Shown: piece by piece, positions 1 through 12,800 of the stretch
Numbering within the stretch: the stretch's first letter is position 1
Layout: every line of letters begins with the position of its first letter
Assembly (NCBI GenBank): GCA_905178155.1
Contig: CAJINV010000001.1
Location: forward strand, 10,844,311-10,908,310
Direction: 5' to 3'
DNA from: Amoebophrya sp. A120
Lineage: Eukaryota; Protista; Dinoflagellata
DNA: 64,000 bases
Position numbers and translations under genes: made by a program
Notes under the pieces: model-generated
The model's input: only the letters and a program-made list of their open reading frames with translations
Databases searched by the model: none
Told to the model about the DNA's origin: nothing

Positions 1-784
1 ATGGTCAGAATGTAAGTATACGTAGACAGGTTCATCCTGATCCTCGCAGACTCACATCGCCGCGGGTGACGATACAAAATTACGATCGGAATTCGGAAAC
101 GACATATTCTTTATCGGAAGCAAAAGTGTTCCGATCTATGCCGCACATACTTAAACAACACGTAGAAGAAAAGGAACACAAGCTCAAAAAAAATCAAACG
201 CACAAGAAGGAAAATCAGAACTTCAAGCGGTGAACAGTAGACTCGATCTTGAGCCTCGCAAAGCAATCGGTGATGCATCAACCAAAAATCGTGTGCGGTC
301 GCACGCAAGAAAGCTCGGAATCACAGAAGTAAGATATGCGCTCATGAAGAAAATTTTTCCAGAATGGTGTTGCGCGGTTCTAACTGTGGCATATTACACT
401 AACCACTTACCACACTGGCTCACCTTGTACTCACGTTATTCCTGTTGACGGGCAAACAAATCATGGTCATTTTTATCTGATTTTCCCATCAGTCTAACCA
501 GATTTGGGAAGATCGGGATCGGCGCACTATTCATGTGCTCCCATCAGTATCTACAAGAATATTAGTGTTTTTCGTTTCCGCATTGCCGTACTGTACTCGC
601 TTCATGTTCATGGATAGGTCAGAATATTTTTGGTCCTCCTCGATAGATCAGAAGTGGTGGGCACAGACATTCGGAAGCCACGGCACATCGTCGTAGCGCG
701 ATTTGCTGTGTTTTGCGTTTCCCTTCACCCTTCATTTCCGCAGAGTCTTTCTCTCCCCCGCCCTTCTCCCTGCGATTCTTCAAG

Positions 785-2305
785 ATGGAAGGCCAGTACG
801 ATTTTGGCACAGAAATGCACGACCGCAGTGCGGGTAAAACGAATGCCCCCGCAGCCGACGCTGCAGCGCAATCTGCTGCAGGCGGGCGTCTTTTTGCCGA
901 GGAGAAAAGTGAGTTCGTAAGCGGAGAGCCACTTAACCGTCAGGCGCGAACGATGCCTGCGCACCGCCATGCAGCAGTTGGTGTGAAAACGAAGCAAGCT
1001 GCTCCGTCGCCACCTGGTGGAAGCGTCTTGTCAGCAGCTGTTTCGTATGCGGCCCTCGCTCTGGCGTGTCTGATTTTGTGGAAGCCAACAATCGTGGTAG
1101 CGTTTCCGGGCTTGCTGTATACCAAAGACCTGTCCACAGTCTACGTCCATGAGGCCTGTGTGCCGGGCTCAACGGCGACCATTCTGGTTTTTTGCATTCT
1201 CGAGGTGCTCGTTGCCGGCGTGCTGTTGAAACGATTTGTTTTGCCAAAATGGTTTCAAAATCCACCACGCGCAGCACAATTCGAGCCGCAGAACAAGAGC
1301 AACAATGCCAAGAGTAGTTGTGACGAAGTGGTGCCCAGCTCTACTTCGGACCTGGAGGATGAAGCTGCGAAACGGGACCGAGCGACTGCGAAGTCCGCCT
1401 GGGACGGCTTTGGCGCGGACAAGCAGAACCGGCTCACGGGATTTGCGAACAAGATTCTGGTGCGCCTCTCCTGTGCGGTGCAGGTTGGTCTGCTTTGCGG
1501 AAGATACCTCGATTTTGACCAAGGCATGGCTTTTATGGCGGGCGACGGATCAAGTATATCACGACAACCGCACGAGACCACAGGAACTACTAGTAACACC
1601 GTCCCCACCACTCCGCCTCCGTCGGTGAGGCAAGCTGGATTTGTAACGGACTACGTGAAGCACGGAAAGTTGACTACCTGTGCGGCTGCGGGCATGCGCT
1701 TGGAGGACGCGGTGGGGATCCGCGCCTGGATGTTCAGTCGTTACAATCTCGTCGCGGTCATGCTGTGGGAGCTGTGTTTCATTCCGCATTTGGGATTGGA
1801 CGCGTGGCTGCATCATTTGTTTGTCATCTTGGGGGTGGCGCTAACGCTGGACGAGCACTTTCAAGTTGATGACGAGAGCACCATGCCATTACGCGTTGAC
1901 GCAGGACAGCGCGCGGCCTCCACGTGCGACAACTCGAGCAAGCGGGCGGTCGTGCTGGAAGTGATTGGATACTGCCTCACACTCGGTGCGTGTTTGGCGG
2001 CGGTGGTGGAGCTCGGGGTGCTGGGGTACCATCTAAACGCGAACAACCCGCGACGACAATTCTACTACATGTTGCAGTCGATTGTCACCCAAGTGCTCGT
2101 GGTGGTTTTGTTCTTCGCGGCCCTACCCGCCTACTCCATCCTTCGCCACTTCGATAATCTGCACAGCCGGTGTGCGTTCGGGATGACGGCACTGATTGTT
2201 TTTCTCGTTTTTGTGGAGCTGAGTATGATCAGTACGAAATTCTCGGTGTTGCGACATATTCGGCGCAAAATGCTGAAGCTTGGTGAGGAAAAGAAGAACC
2301 AGTGA
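785..2305 (+). CDS. Multi-pass membrane protein, possibly TLC (TRAM/LAG1/CLN8)-like; single exon
   Basis: Long ORF (713..2305, first ATG at 785) with about 7-8 hydrophobic segments and a WLHHLFVILG di-histidine motif resembling TLC domains. Family call is from memory only. Confidence 0.55.
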   Translation: MEGQYDFGTEMHDRSAGKTNAPAADAAAQSAAGGRLFAEEKSEFVSGEPLNRQARTMPAHRHAAVGVKTKQAAPSPPGGSVLSAAVSYAALALACLILWKPTIVVAFPGLLYTKDLSTVYVHEACVPGSTATILVFCILEVLVAGVLLKRFVLPKWFQNPPRAAQFEPQNKSNNAKSSCDEVVPSSTSDLEDEAAKRDRATAKSAWDGFGADKQNRLTGFANKILVRLSCAVQVGLLCGRYLDFDQGMAFMAGDGSSISRQPHETTGTTSNTVPTTPPPSVRQAGFVTDYVKHGKLTTCAAAGMRLEDAVGIRAWMFSRYNLVAVMLWELCFIPHLGLDAWLHHLFVILGVALTLDEHFQVDDESTMPLRVDAGQRAASTCDNSSKRAVVLEVIGYCLTLGACLAAVVELGVLGYHLNANNPRRQFYYMLQSIVTQVLVVVLFFAALPAYSILRHFDNLHSRCAFGMTALIVFLVFVELSMISTKFSVLRHIRRKMLKLGEEKKNQ

Positions 2306-2966
2306 AAAAAACGCTCCTGCCCCCGGCGAGCCTTTTTCAGGGCTTCGAGACGACTGCGAGTAATAACAGCGAGCAACTAAGTACATGTGGTTTTAGTATA
2401 AGAAGATCTGTTAACATACTGTAGGATTGATACAAAAGGTTCGAAAAACGTGCGCGCTACACGATCGACACAAAAATGTACGAAAACTTAACTAATCACT
2501 TATAGTCTAACTAAGTTGACAAGAAGAAACTACAGAACGCATCCGTTTCCAGCGCATTCTCGAATGAAGAATCAGGTTTCAAACAAAGCCGCTGTCGTGT
2601 TCATATTCATAGACAAACGAAGAGTACGCTCGGTAGATCAACAGAAAAACCATCGTGTCTTCGGCATGGTCGGGAGTCATATTGTCACACATCAGCGTCG
2701 GTTTTGATATGGTATGCGAGAAAAGAGTCCTTCAGTAAAAGACAAAGAATGATTTTTTTACTTCGTATGGAGAAACACAAACACTACTCCATCAAAGAAT
2801 ACTTGACACCAGTTCCCCGTAGTTGTCGATTCGCGCCACCTGAATTAGTTTAGGGCTTATCTCCAACTGTTGTGGTAGCTGCATCAAGCCAAAATCATTC
2901 AAATTCGTTTCTTTTTGCATTCTATTCACTCTGGGGTAAGTGCTTCTTCATCCCAAACACCTAAGA

Positions 2967-5855
2967 ATGCTCAATACCAAGGCAGATAAACTTCTACTCA
3001 GCGTCTACGAGACCGCCCGTCTGCAGGGTGTTCCGGATGGCTGCGTTGGGTTAGCTGTGCGAGAAACGGTTGGTGTGCAGCGGTGTGTGGCTTTCAAGGG
3101 CTGCCCGGGTGTGATCGTCGCGCTCTGTGACTCCGCAGAAAGCGAGCGGGCGTTTGAGGCCAACTTGCACCGCAAACCCTGGAAAAAACTGACGAAGCGC
3201 GCAGCTAGTCTCCAGGTTGATCGGCAGCAGGTCGGGAAAACAGCTGGAGATAATCAACTCGACACGTGTGAGGTGATCCCGGCCTTGGATGACCGGAATC
3301 CCAGCGGCTACGGGAAAAAGATCAACGGTGAGAAACTGCAAGCAGTTTTGTTTGGGCAGCTTCTGGCAAAGGCCACCGGTGCAGCAAAAGCGTCCGTAGA
3401 GAAGCTGGCCAAGGATCTGCAGCCGCTGGTCGTTTCCGTTGGGGCAGACGGCGTGCTCGAGCCTTCGACTGTGGCAAGTTCCTCTGAAAATACTTCGAGT
3501 GAGAAAGCTTTCCAGCCGGCTTCTCGTGGGGCGCCTTCGAGCCCGATGCGAGGACCAGCCCCGGCGGTAGACGTTCTCTGCAACGATCCAGATGGCACAG
3601 CGGGACTGGCGGTGATGCGTGGGCTTGTTGCAAACGCGGACATTCCAAGCCTGGCGACGTCGTTGCTAGCGCACCCGAAGAAAATTCAGGCCGAATGCGG
3701 GGGCTTATGGAATAACAACCAGCCCGAGCCTCTGGGAATGCAGGGAAGAGTAGTTGCTGCGGTGGAAGGACTACCTCTGGAACAGTTCCCCGGTCTGCAC
3801 GGGCGTTTTCGCCTCGATGGAGCCAATGTTGGCGGTCGGACCGCCGATTTGCTCCCGTTGAACCCAAGTTTCGCCGACGTTTTGAAGAAGAACAGCCCAA
3901 ATCAACATGGTTCAGTCCCGGAAGTCTTAGCAGAGAAGCTGCGCCAGTTCCAAACGACGTCACTAGCCGTGTCTTGGGAGCAGGCGAACGGGCGCAAGTT
4001 GTCCCAGGAGCGCACCCTGTGCGGGTGGGCCTACGACGCCGATGCTGTCGATGGCACACCGGCCGTGTGGGTGAACCTCGGACGCGCGCCGGTTACCTGG
4101 GCTTTCAAAAGGCTGAAGAAAAACAACGCGGCCGATTTCACGATCACGCTTTCCCCGGGTGACGCAGCGATTCGCTGGGGGCAGAAGGCGAGGTGCGAAT
4201 GGTGCACTGCCTGTGTCGGGTTGGGAGATAGTGCGACAGAAAATGGAAAAAGGGAAGATGTTGCCAAGAAAGGCGTGCTCGATCTGATCAACGTGAAGCT
4301 GGAGGACCACCGCGCTCTTCGCTCCAAAAACGCCGCCTTGTTCGACAGGTTGCATCGGTCAGACGCGACGCTGACGCCCGATAAGTGGTTTCAGCTCGAG
4401 TTTGAACTTACGGAGAACACGACCACGACAAGCACGTCCGGCTTGGAAATTTCCGCGTTCTGGCCTGGGTCCAGGCCGGCTAAAAAATGCGTCGACGTTC
4501 AGGCTGCGGCTCCGGCTTCGAAGGCCGAAGTAAACTCCAAGCCCCGGTCGGGTAGATGGAACAAACGCAGAAAAACAGGTGACGAGGAGACTGACGCTGC
4601 GCCGACGGATGAACAGCCGGGTGCTCCTAGCTCTTTTGCAGCCGAGGAGAACAGGATATCACTGAAGTCTGCCGCACAGGTGCAAAGCGAGCAAATCGCA
4701 AAGAAGAATCCTCCACCGAAGGAGGATCAGAAACGCGGATCCGGCGCTGTCAGTATGAAATCCGCAGCCCGGGTCGCGGCCGAAAGTCTGTTTGCCGACC
4801 TGCAAACGCACATGGCGAACGACGACCTGATCAAGGGGTGGGAGGCACACCGCCGAACCTGCAACGGTAAGGCCCGTGGTCCCCTCCGCGCCGCCGCTCG
4901 GGACATTCGTCTGAAGGCACAGAAAGCCGCCGGGGAAACGTCTTTGGAATCTTCGACGTCAGGCGCCTACGTGGCGGCACTGCGGCTCTTGCACACGGAG
5001 CTGGCTCGCGCAGGCGAAGCCGACTTCGACGGACAGTTGCGGGATGGCGCTGCGTGGTTGGAAGAAAAACTAGCGAAGGTTGGAAGTGCGCAATCGGCAA
5101 ACAAGGACTTTGTGGAGAACGCCAACAACCCGCGTGAGGGTAGTACCAAGATAGCGGTTTCTGTGGACGAGTCGGTCGTGAAGAATATCCTATGTAAAAA
5201 CGTCCCTACACCAGAGTCAAGCTGGGGATCTCGCAACACAAATCGAGAAGTTTTGGGGGTCCAGCATGATAAGTTCGTCTCTGTATTGTAGTGTAGTTTA
5301 GCAAGCACAGCCGCAACACAAATCCATCTACTTATCCTGTCGACAGCATTACAAAGCGCAAAACGCGATTGGAAATGCCTCTCATGTGGATGCGCATATA
5401 GAAATCTTCCTGTAGCTGCAAATCTGCATGACAACTCTGGGCAAAGTGCGTCGCATTTCGTTTAGCATGACAACTCTGGGGTGGGTACATTTTTACTCAG
5501 GATAAAGAAAGATTATCCGAATCTGCTGGCGCGTTTGATGAAGCAAAGGGCCAGTGGGCACCGAGGAACGGCCTTCACTCGCGACTTGCGGCAAGCCACG
5601 CAGTGGGCGGATTCCTGTCGTGCGAGGTGGCAGAAGCTGCAAAACGACAGCGACCAGCAGCACAAGCAGAATCTCCAAAGTAGTTACCTCGACGCTGTGC
5701 AGCACTTGTGTGCTGAACTGGAAAAAGAAGGCGAGCCTGACTTCGACGGGCAGCTGCGGCGGGCCGTGAACTTTCTCCAGGGTACAAAGATGGAATACTT
5801 CCACCCAGGCCTCGAACCGGGGAAGAAGAAAACTACCAGGTCTTACATAGGCTAA
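2967..5855 (+). CDS. AlkB/2OG-Fe(II)-fold-like protein with duplicated C-terminal helical module; 2 exons (2967-5185, 5510-5855)
   Basis: ORFs 2940..5291 and 5481..5855 share a frame and join as SVVKKDYPNLL after removing 324 nt. GWAYDADAVDGTPAVWVNLG...LSPGDAAIRWG resembles the AlkB core. GEADFDGQLR / GEPDFDGQLR repeats lie on either side of the insertion. Confidence 0.65.
5186..5504. mobile_element. Family A TIR introner (A1)
   Basis: TIR TATCCTATGTAAAAACGTCCCTACACCAGAGT / ACTCTGGGGTGGGTACATTTTTACTCAGGATA; perfect TSD AAGAA (5181-5185, 5505-5509); GCATGACAACTCTGGG is duplicated near the right end; no GT-AG register. Confidence 0.92.
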
Positions 5856-6882
5856 AGAACCCCAGCAAGGGGGGCTCCTGTTTCATATTTGATTCCGCGT
5901 TCTTCTGCCTGTAGCTGTACACTGGTTTTCTGATTGTAAGTAGCACTATGGTGCCCAAGGAAAGGCCGCTCGATCTAAGTTCAAAGTAAAGTAGCACGTG
6001 AAATTGATACGTAAGGATATGTGAATAACACTAAGACGCAGGTGGATTTGCATGGTTGGTTTTCAAGGATTGAGAGTGAGTATCGCTACCTCAGTCCAAT
6101 GCACGCAAGACCGGTTTTAGCTCGATCGTGTGCAGAACAATTGGAGTAAGGATATGAAAATTGTATAGTTTTTTTTCTGTGTGCAGTAGGAGAAGACTAA
6201 GAGCAACAAGCTAACAGTTGTCAATGAAGAATGAGCAGTAGCAATTAGTTTCGCACTACACAGAGAATTCACCAGCACCAAGTAGATCGCGAATTTGATG
6301 CTGATCTAACTGTAGAAGTCATGCAGGGCAGCTTACTTCGACGCTTGCTTTTGCTTTGTCGTTGTCTGTCAGATCTTCATAATCTCTGCGTGCTACCGAT
6401 TGGTGTTCGCCGCATCTAGTACCAAACGTTATCTAATGGTCTTTTGGTAACTTCAAACTCAAAGGTCGTCGCTGTGCCGACGCAGTTTCTGAATGCGTCG
6501 TGCTTTGCAGTCGGTTCCATTCATTTTCCAGTCGTCGCCACAGGTACATCTTTATCTATCATAGAAAAGTACGGCTATTTTTAGCTTGTTCACATTCGGC
6601 GCTTAAGTTTTTTCTCATCAGAATAGTCCCTTTTCTGTCCTCGTGATCGTAACTGTAAGCTTCGTGATCGTGACTACTAACACAGTATCGTTTGGACGAT
6701 CCGTATTGGAGTTTCCTCATACATGATTTGCGTTTGCCCGTCCTGATAGGAACAAAAAAATATTTTTACCCAAAACTGACTACGGCTAAGAATGAATATC
6801 AATATGATTACTGGTATGGTGGAGAGATGCGCGATAGATAAGTTGCAAAAATACTAGAAAAACAAAAGCAAAAAGCAGCATT

Positions 6883-9800
6883 ATGCAAGACACTGACTTG
6901 CGCTTGTGGAGGTCAGCGGTGTCGGCTTGGCCGACGCTTTTTCTGCCCATCGAAATTCCCACGTGTCCACATCTAGACGAGCCACTCGCTCGCAGCCAAG
7001 AGAACAGTGATATTTTGAATTGTGCGCAACAGTGGTATCGTGAACAGAACCAAGAACTGGAACTACACGGTCCGGATCTTCGCAGTGCGACGGTTGTTCA
7101 GGGCTTGGTTTCGGGATTCTGCGATCTTCACAACACTGAGGACGGTGTCCTTGTCAGCTCGACATTGAAAACCGCTCTTGAGTCTGTCGCAGTTGGTGGC
7201 TACTTCGTCGTTTGGCTACGGGGTCAAAACGCTTGTTTGCTGATACACCGAGCAGATGCTTCTACGGGGACACTCTTTTCCTGGGAGGTGCAGTGCGGGA
7301 ACCGCGACATTACCAGCAACGTCACGTCGCCGTTGCAGGTATACTTATGTTGGCACGACTCTTAGACTTCCTAGACTTTTGTGTAGGTGTTTCCAGGGTG
7401 AACGAGGCTCTTTCACTGGCGCTTGCAAGCTGACGAGACAGGAGCCTTTTTTGAATATAATGGATCGCCTCTCTTACGTACCCGCTTGTGTGTGAGGAAA
7501 TTTATTCCAACTTACTTTCCACAGGACATCCCGAGAAGCGGGACCCGCGTACCCTGGGAGCAGGTGACAGCGCCTTCCTTCGCTGAGCTACTCGCCGATT
7601 TATCGAACACCGATGATCTGCCCCGGGCGGTTCCGCAGGTATACAAAGCCGGCGGAAACCACAAAGAAGTACGGGACGTACCGGGTGCGCTTTATGTCGT
7701 CGAGTTCCTCCTCGCCGCGGTCGGCGGGACGCCGCTGCAAAGTTGCAGTGTCACTGGGGTGCAAAAGAAGATGCGAGACGAGGTTCGCTACGAAAGCAGC
7801 TTGCATCCTTGGCGACGTGCGCCGGTGTGGCTGGCGCTCAAAGCAGCTGTGCACTTGGTGCTTGTGCAGGAACGGGGTGCGGGCTGCGGTGCTTTTTTTT
7901 ACAAGCTCTGGACTACCGCGTTTTTGGCGTTCGTCCTGCGCTCCGGCTGCAGTTCTCTCTCTCTATCCGCGTCGAAGCTGCTGGAGGCCTCTCGCAAGCT
8001 GATGCGACGATTAGCAAAATTAGAGCAAGCCTTCCCACAATTCTGCCAGGAAACCAATGGCCTCTACTCGTCAGTCGAGCCGTACGTCCGCCGTCACGGT
8101 CTGGTAGGCGCAGAAAGGGCGAGGAAAGACTGGGAAGCAAGGCAAACGAGGAGCGTTGCGGATACCGAACTGAGCATCTCGCCATTTGCGCTGAAAATGT
8201 CGAAAAAACACGCCCTGAAGGGGTGCGGCACGGTTTTGGACCAGCTCTGCTTTTTTCACCCTGACGGAAACATCGGCATGGGTGGCGCCGATGACGCAGG
8301 GGATATCAAGTTTCCTGAAGTGTTTGCAGATCGAAAGCGAGCGTGGTTCTCCGTGGACTTTCCGCGAAACATTGAAGAGCTGCGAGATACACTGGACAAG
8401 GTTGCTCAAGACGCGGATGCCACTCTGCAGGATATTGTTGGAGTCCTCGACGATATTGAAAGAACATTGCAAAAAGTGTTTGCGGCCGTGCTCTCAGGGA
8501 CCCCTGAGAATCTTGCGCTATCTTTTTGTCTGATCAACCTCAACTATGGCGGCGCAAGTGAACTGCTCATCCTGCTCGGAAAATTGGTGGAAATTGGCTT
8601 GAAGACGTTCAAAGCGGATCCTCGTGGGCTCAGTGGGGTCATTTTAACTGCGTTGACAGTGGTGGTAATCATCGACGCGCTTGCTTGTGAAAAAGAGAAG
8701 CTGCTGACCGAGCACAAGCTGGCTCCAGGTCTCGAGAGCATTTGTGCTTCGCTGTTGCTCACGAAGGCGTGCCAGTTAGAGCACTTGGCAAGGGTGGAGG
8801 GCTACATAAAGAAGAGAAACCAGGCCGCCTATCCTGCGACCTTGACCGGCGGCGACGCGCGGGCGACGTTTTTTTCCGTTCGCTATGCCAGCCAAGATGA
8901 TGAGATGCAGGACGCGCGACAAGAGATTTTACGCCAATGTTCAGAAAACCAGGAGCAGAAGCTCCGGGAGAAACAAAGGGAGCAAGAGCGTCATGACGAT
9001 CTGAAGCGCGAGATCAATTCAACCACATGTGAGTGCGAATACAACCACCCCCGGGGCTACCGGACGTATTTCTGCACTCGGTGTAGAAAGCAGAATGACA
9101 TATGGGACATCAAACTACATCACTACGAGAAGCTGTTACCGGACGAGGAGGTTAAGCAGCTTGCAATCGTCTACGAACTCCGCGAGCCGGAAATTCTGAC
9201 GCTTCAGCGGGAAAGCTTAGCGCTTTTCGCGTCGACCGTGTGCGGCATCGACTTGAACGATGGGGGCCAAGTGGAGGGGACTTGGCTGTGCGAGGACAGG
9301 CTCCAGTTCAAGCGACGTCGTTCGGGAAAAGTCGATCCGAAAATTAATCTGGGCTCCACCCGAAAGAAGCTCTCGCGGTCGCATTACGGTCGTGCCAGCC
9401 ACGTCACGGCGCATGCAACATTCGTCGTGAACCACGACTACCATGTCAAGTGGGTTACTGCAAGTAGCGAGCTTGCCTCGGCATCCACATGGAACTGGAC
9501 CATTGCAGAGCATTGCTGTTTGTCAATGGGCAGCACCTCGCGCTACAAGAGTGCAGAGAACTTCTTCTGGCAGGTCGATCTTACTGCCGAAAACAAGATC
9601 ATTGCGCACAAAAGCAAAGCCTCGAAGCAGCTCTCTTTGCGAGAGTACGAAGAGATTGGAACCCTTCGCGGCGGCGCCCGATTGCAGTGGGTGCGGCTAA
9701 AAGCGGCCCTGGAGCAGCGTGCGTTGTCGCTTGAGATGGAGGAGACGGGCTGGTTGCTGATGTTTGTTGCGTGGCAGGCTGGGTCGCGAGATCTTCCGGA

Positions 9801-12800
9801 CGCGCCGGTTACGCGTGACGCGGGGCACATTCTTGCTGACCCTGTTTTTGTCGAGGACTTTTGTAAGACACTGATGGATATTCTCGCCGGTTGCGCCAAG
9901 AATTGGTCTGCGCAAAACATTCTGCAAAGCATCATTTACCTTGCGCAAGCTATATTCGAGCGGACCTGCAACGGTACCTCCAAAACCGCTGTTGCGCATG
10001 TGCTGCGAGAGGCACGAAAGGTGGTAGTCGACTGGATCGGAGCAATCACTAACCTCTTGAATGGGTGTGACAGTGACGACGCCATGCAGAACTTTCGAAA
10101 CAAGCTTGTTGCTGTGTCAACGATGGGTGCGCTGACTTTTTCCGCGGATAAGTTGCTACTAAACAGCTCGGAGGACGTTGCGGACTGGTTGTATTTTCGC
10201 GCAACCGCGAAAGACAACACTTCACCGCACTGGCTCAAATCCGGCAAACAAGAGCGCAACGCAGTCCTGCACGCTATGAAGGTTGCAGAGGAGGTATTTG
10301 CGCGATTCGTCAAGCTGACTGATGCAGTGCGAATTCTCGGTCTGACGATTTTTTTCCAGCGGTACTACCGCCCGGGGAATTTGGCGGCGTGGCAGAAAGC
10401 CAAGGACGCGCCGTGGTGGTTTTCGGCGCGGTTTTCCAGCACCGGGGCCAAGAGCAGTAGTTGCTGCTTACAAATCGACGTCATCAGTGGGACTTTTTTG
10501 GTTAATGGGCTTCCCTGCAAGCGTCTGCCGGAATCTATAACCAGTCACGAAACCTACTCGAGCTTTTTTGGCTCCTCGGTGTTTGTGGTCCAGCCGCTGG
10601 GCAACGGTGGCTACCGGACCTCGATGTCCGTCCGTGGATTTTTTTTTGAGTTTTACCCTCCGGGCCACCGGACAGACTGCGGATTTAAGGAGGACTGCCC
10701 ACTCATTCTGTTCGAGCAAGAAAACACGCAGGCGCGCGCTGCGCTGGTGCCACGAAAAATGCTGCAGAAGGACTTCCCTACCCAGCTGAGCGCAAACTAC
10801 AGCCACTGGTTTCTGTTTGGCTCGAGGCACCTTCATTTTCGCGGAAGGACATACCGAGATGTCGAGTTTTACGATGTAGGCTTCCAGGAGGATCCGTGGG
10901 TCCTGGAGGCCGCAACGAAGCACGTGCTCGACCGGGAAACGGGAAAAAATCTTCTGTGCATACACAGCAGCGCTTTTTCCCGGCTCTACGACACAATCTT
11001 TCATCGCATGGCTGGCAGGACCGCGGTGCATGCGTTGGCGGACTCGTTCGGGTCGGAGTTGCTCGTGAATCTGCCGTTGATGCAGGGCTTGCGATTTCGC
11101 TACGTTCCTGAGGCGAAGCGCTTCGACTCCGTTGAGTATCCTGGACTGCATGTCGCCCGCTTCCAGGGGGGTAATGTCGACGGTGCGGGAGGTGCTTCGG
11201 CGCTGGTGGGATTGAAGCACGGCTTGCTCCTTATCGACGCGCAGGGCGATCAGAACTCTCGGTTTTTGTGTCCGCACGCAAAGACGACGTGCGCAGCGAG
11301 TGGCGAAGTGAGCGTGGCGGTCGAGAGCCCCCGAATCCCGCCTTTTTTCGTGTACGAAGTACGTCCCGAGTTGCAGGACCTGACCGCCAAAACACGAGAC
11401 GCCTGGCAGTACCTGGCACTACTGCACGCGCAGACCTCTGGCCTGTTTCCCGACTCCTTCACCGGGGTGACCGGTCTGGAGCGGGCGCTCGACATTCTGC
11501 GTTCCGGTCACTGTCGCGGAAATCTCGCGACCTCGCCCGGGGAAAAGAACAGAATTGCAAATACTGAGCAACGCGCCCTGCGGGAACTCGCTGAGATTTC
11601 CACTATGCGAGGCGACTATCACGGGATGGAGCAAGTGGAGCATCTTGGAAGCAGCCGGCCGCCAGACGCGCTGTGTGCGCATCCCGCCTTTGCGTTTCTG
11701 GCGAAGAAGCACACTGAAGACCTAGCGGATGCTCTTTGTCGCACTGGGATCGAGAACCCGACACTTGTACTCGGCCTGACGGACAAAGAGGGACATAATT
11801 TTTGGGCTAGCAAAACAAACGATCTCTGTTCTCGGGCGTATTTCCGGCTGCGTGGCATGTACCACGCAGACGAGCGACCGACGACAGACGAGGAGAGCGA
11901 GTTCTTTGGCACGTCGAAAGTTTCGTGGGACGTAAAGCCTTACAGTCCGGGTTTTGACCTTGCAGAGATCGATTTTCTGCAGGACCTGGGCCAGGCAGGC
12001 AAGTCACAGGATTGCGCCACGAGTCACCCGGCAGCAAGTCTGACTGAGCTTCTTGGAAATTGTGCCTACCTGGTCGGGTTTTCTGGGCTGCAATTAGCGG
12101 GGAACACAGTCCAATGCGCCTCCGCTTTGCTTGGTCTGACAGAGGATAGTCCAGCTTTACGGAGTACCGCGGGTCGTGCGGACGGTCTTTTTCCCAGTCT
12201 GTGGCTCTCTTTGTACACCATGTCGAAAACGGCGGGACTCGCCGGCGACGCAACCGAAGAGAGGAGAAAGCTTCAATACCTGTTGAGCTTTCTTGCCATC
12301 AGTTTTCCAAGTCATGTGGATCACCTGTACCAACTGCTCTTGGTTGCACACAACGCAAGAAAGTTTCCCGATGCGCCCCGGCATGGCCATTATGAACACA
12401 CACAGGAGACGTTTTTTCTATCCTGCTCGGTTGAAAGTGAAATCGAAAGCAATTTGGAGAATTTTTCCGATAGTGAGCCGTGTCGTTGGAACTACACTTC
12501 CGATTCGTCTTTTGATAGCGCGCACTCCCGATGGGAGACAAAAAAATCGAACCACGAAGCAGCTTGCCGGCAAACAAAAACGTCCCTCGTTTCCGAGCTT
12601 CGTGAAAAGTATTGGCTCGGCAGTGGGGTTTCGAGCTCTGCCGTCGCCAAGCCGAAGATTCTTTCTCCCGGTGTTTTGGCTTCTCGAATCCAGCACCTGT
12701 TCGATCGCTGGAGACGCGCGCGCGAATTAATGGACTTTCTCGGCTGCGTCACGCGCGGCCTGGAGGGAATTCGTGCGGGTACTGGAAGCTCACGGTCTAC

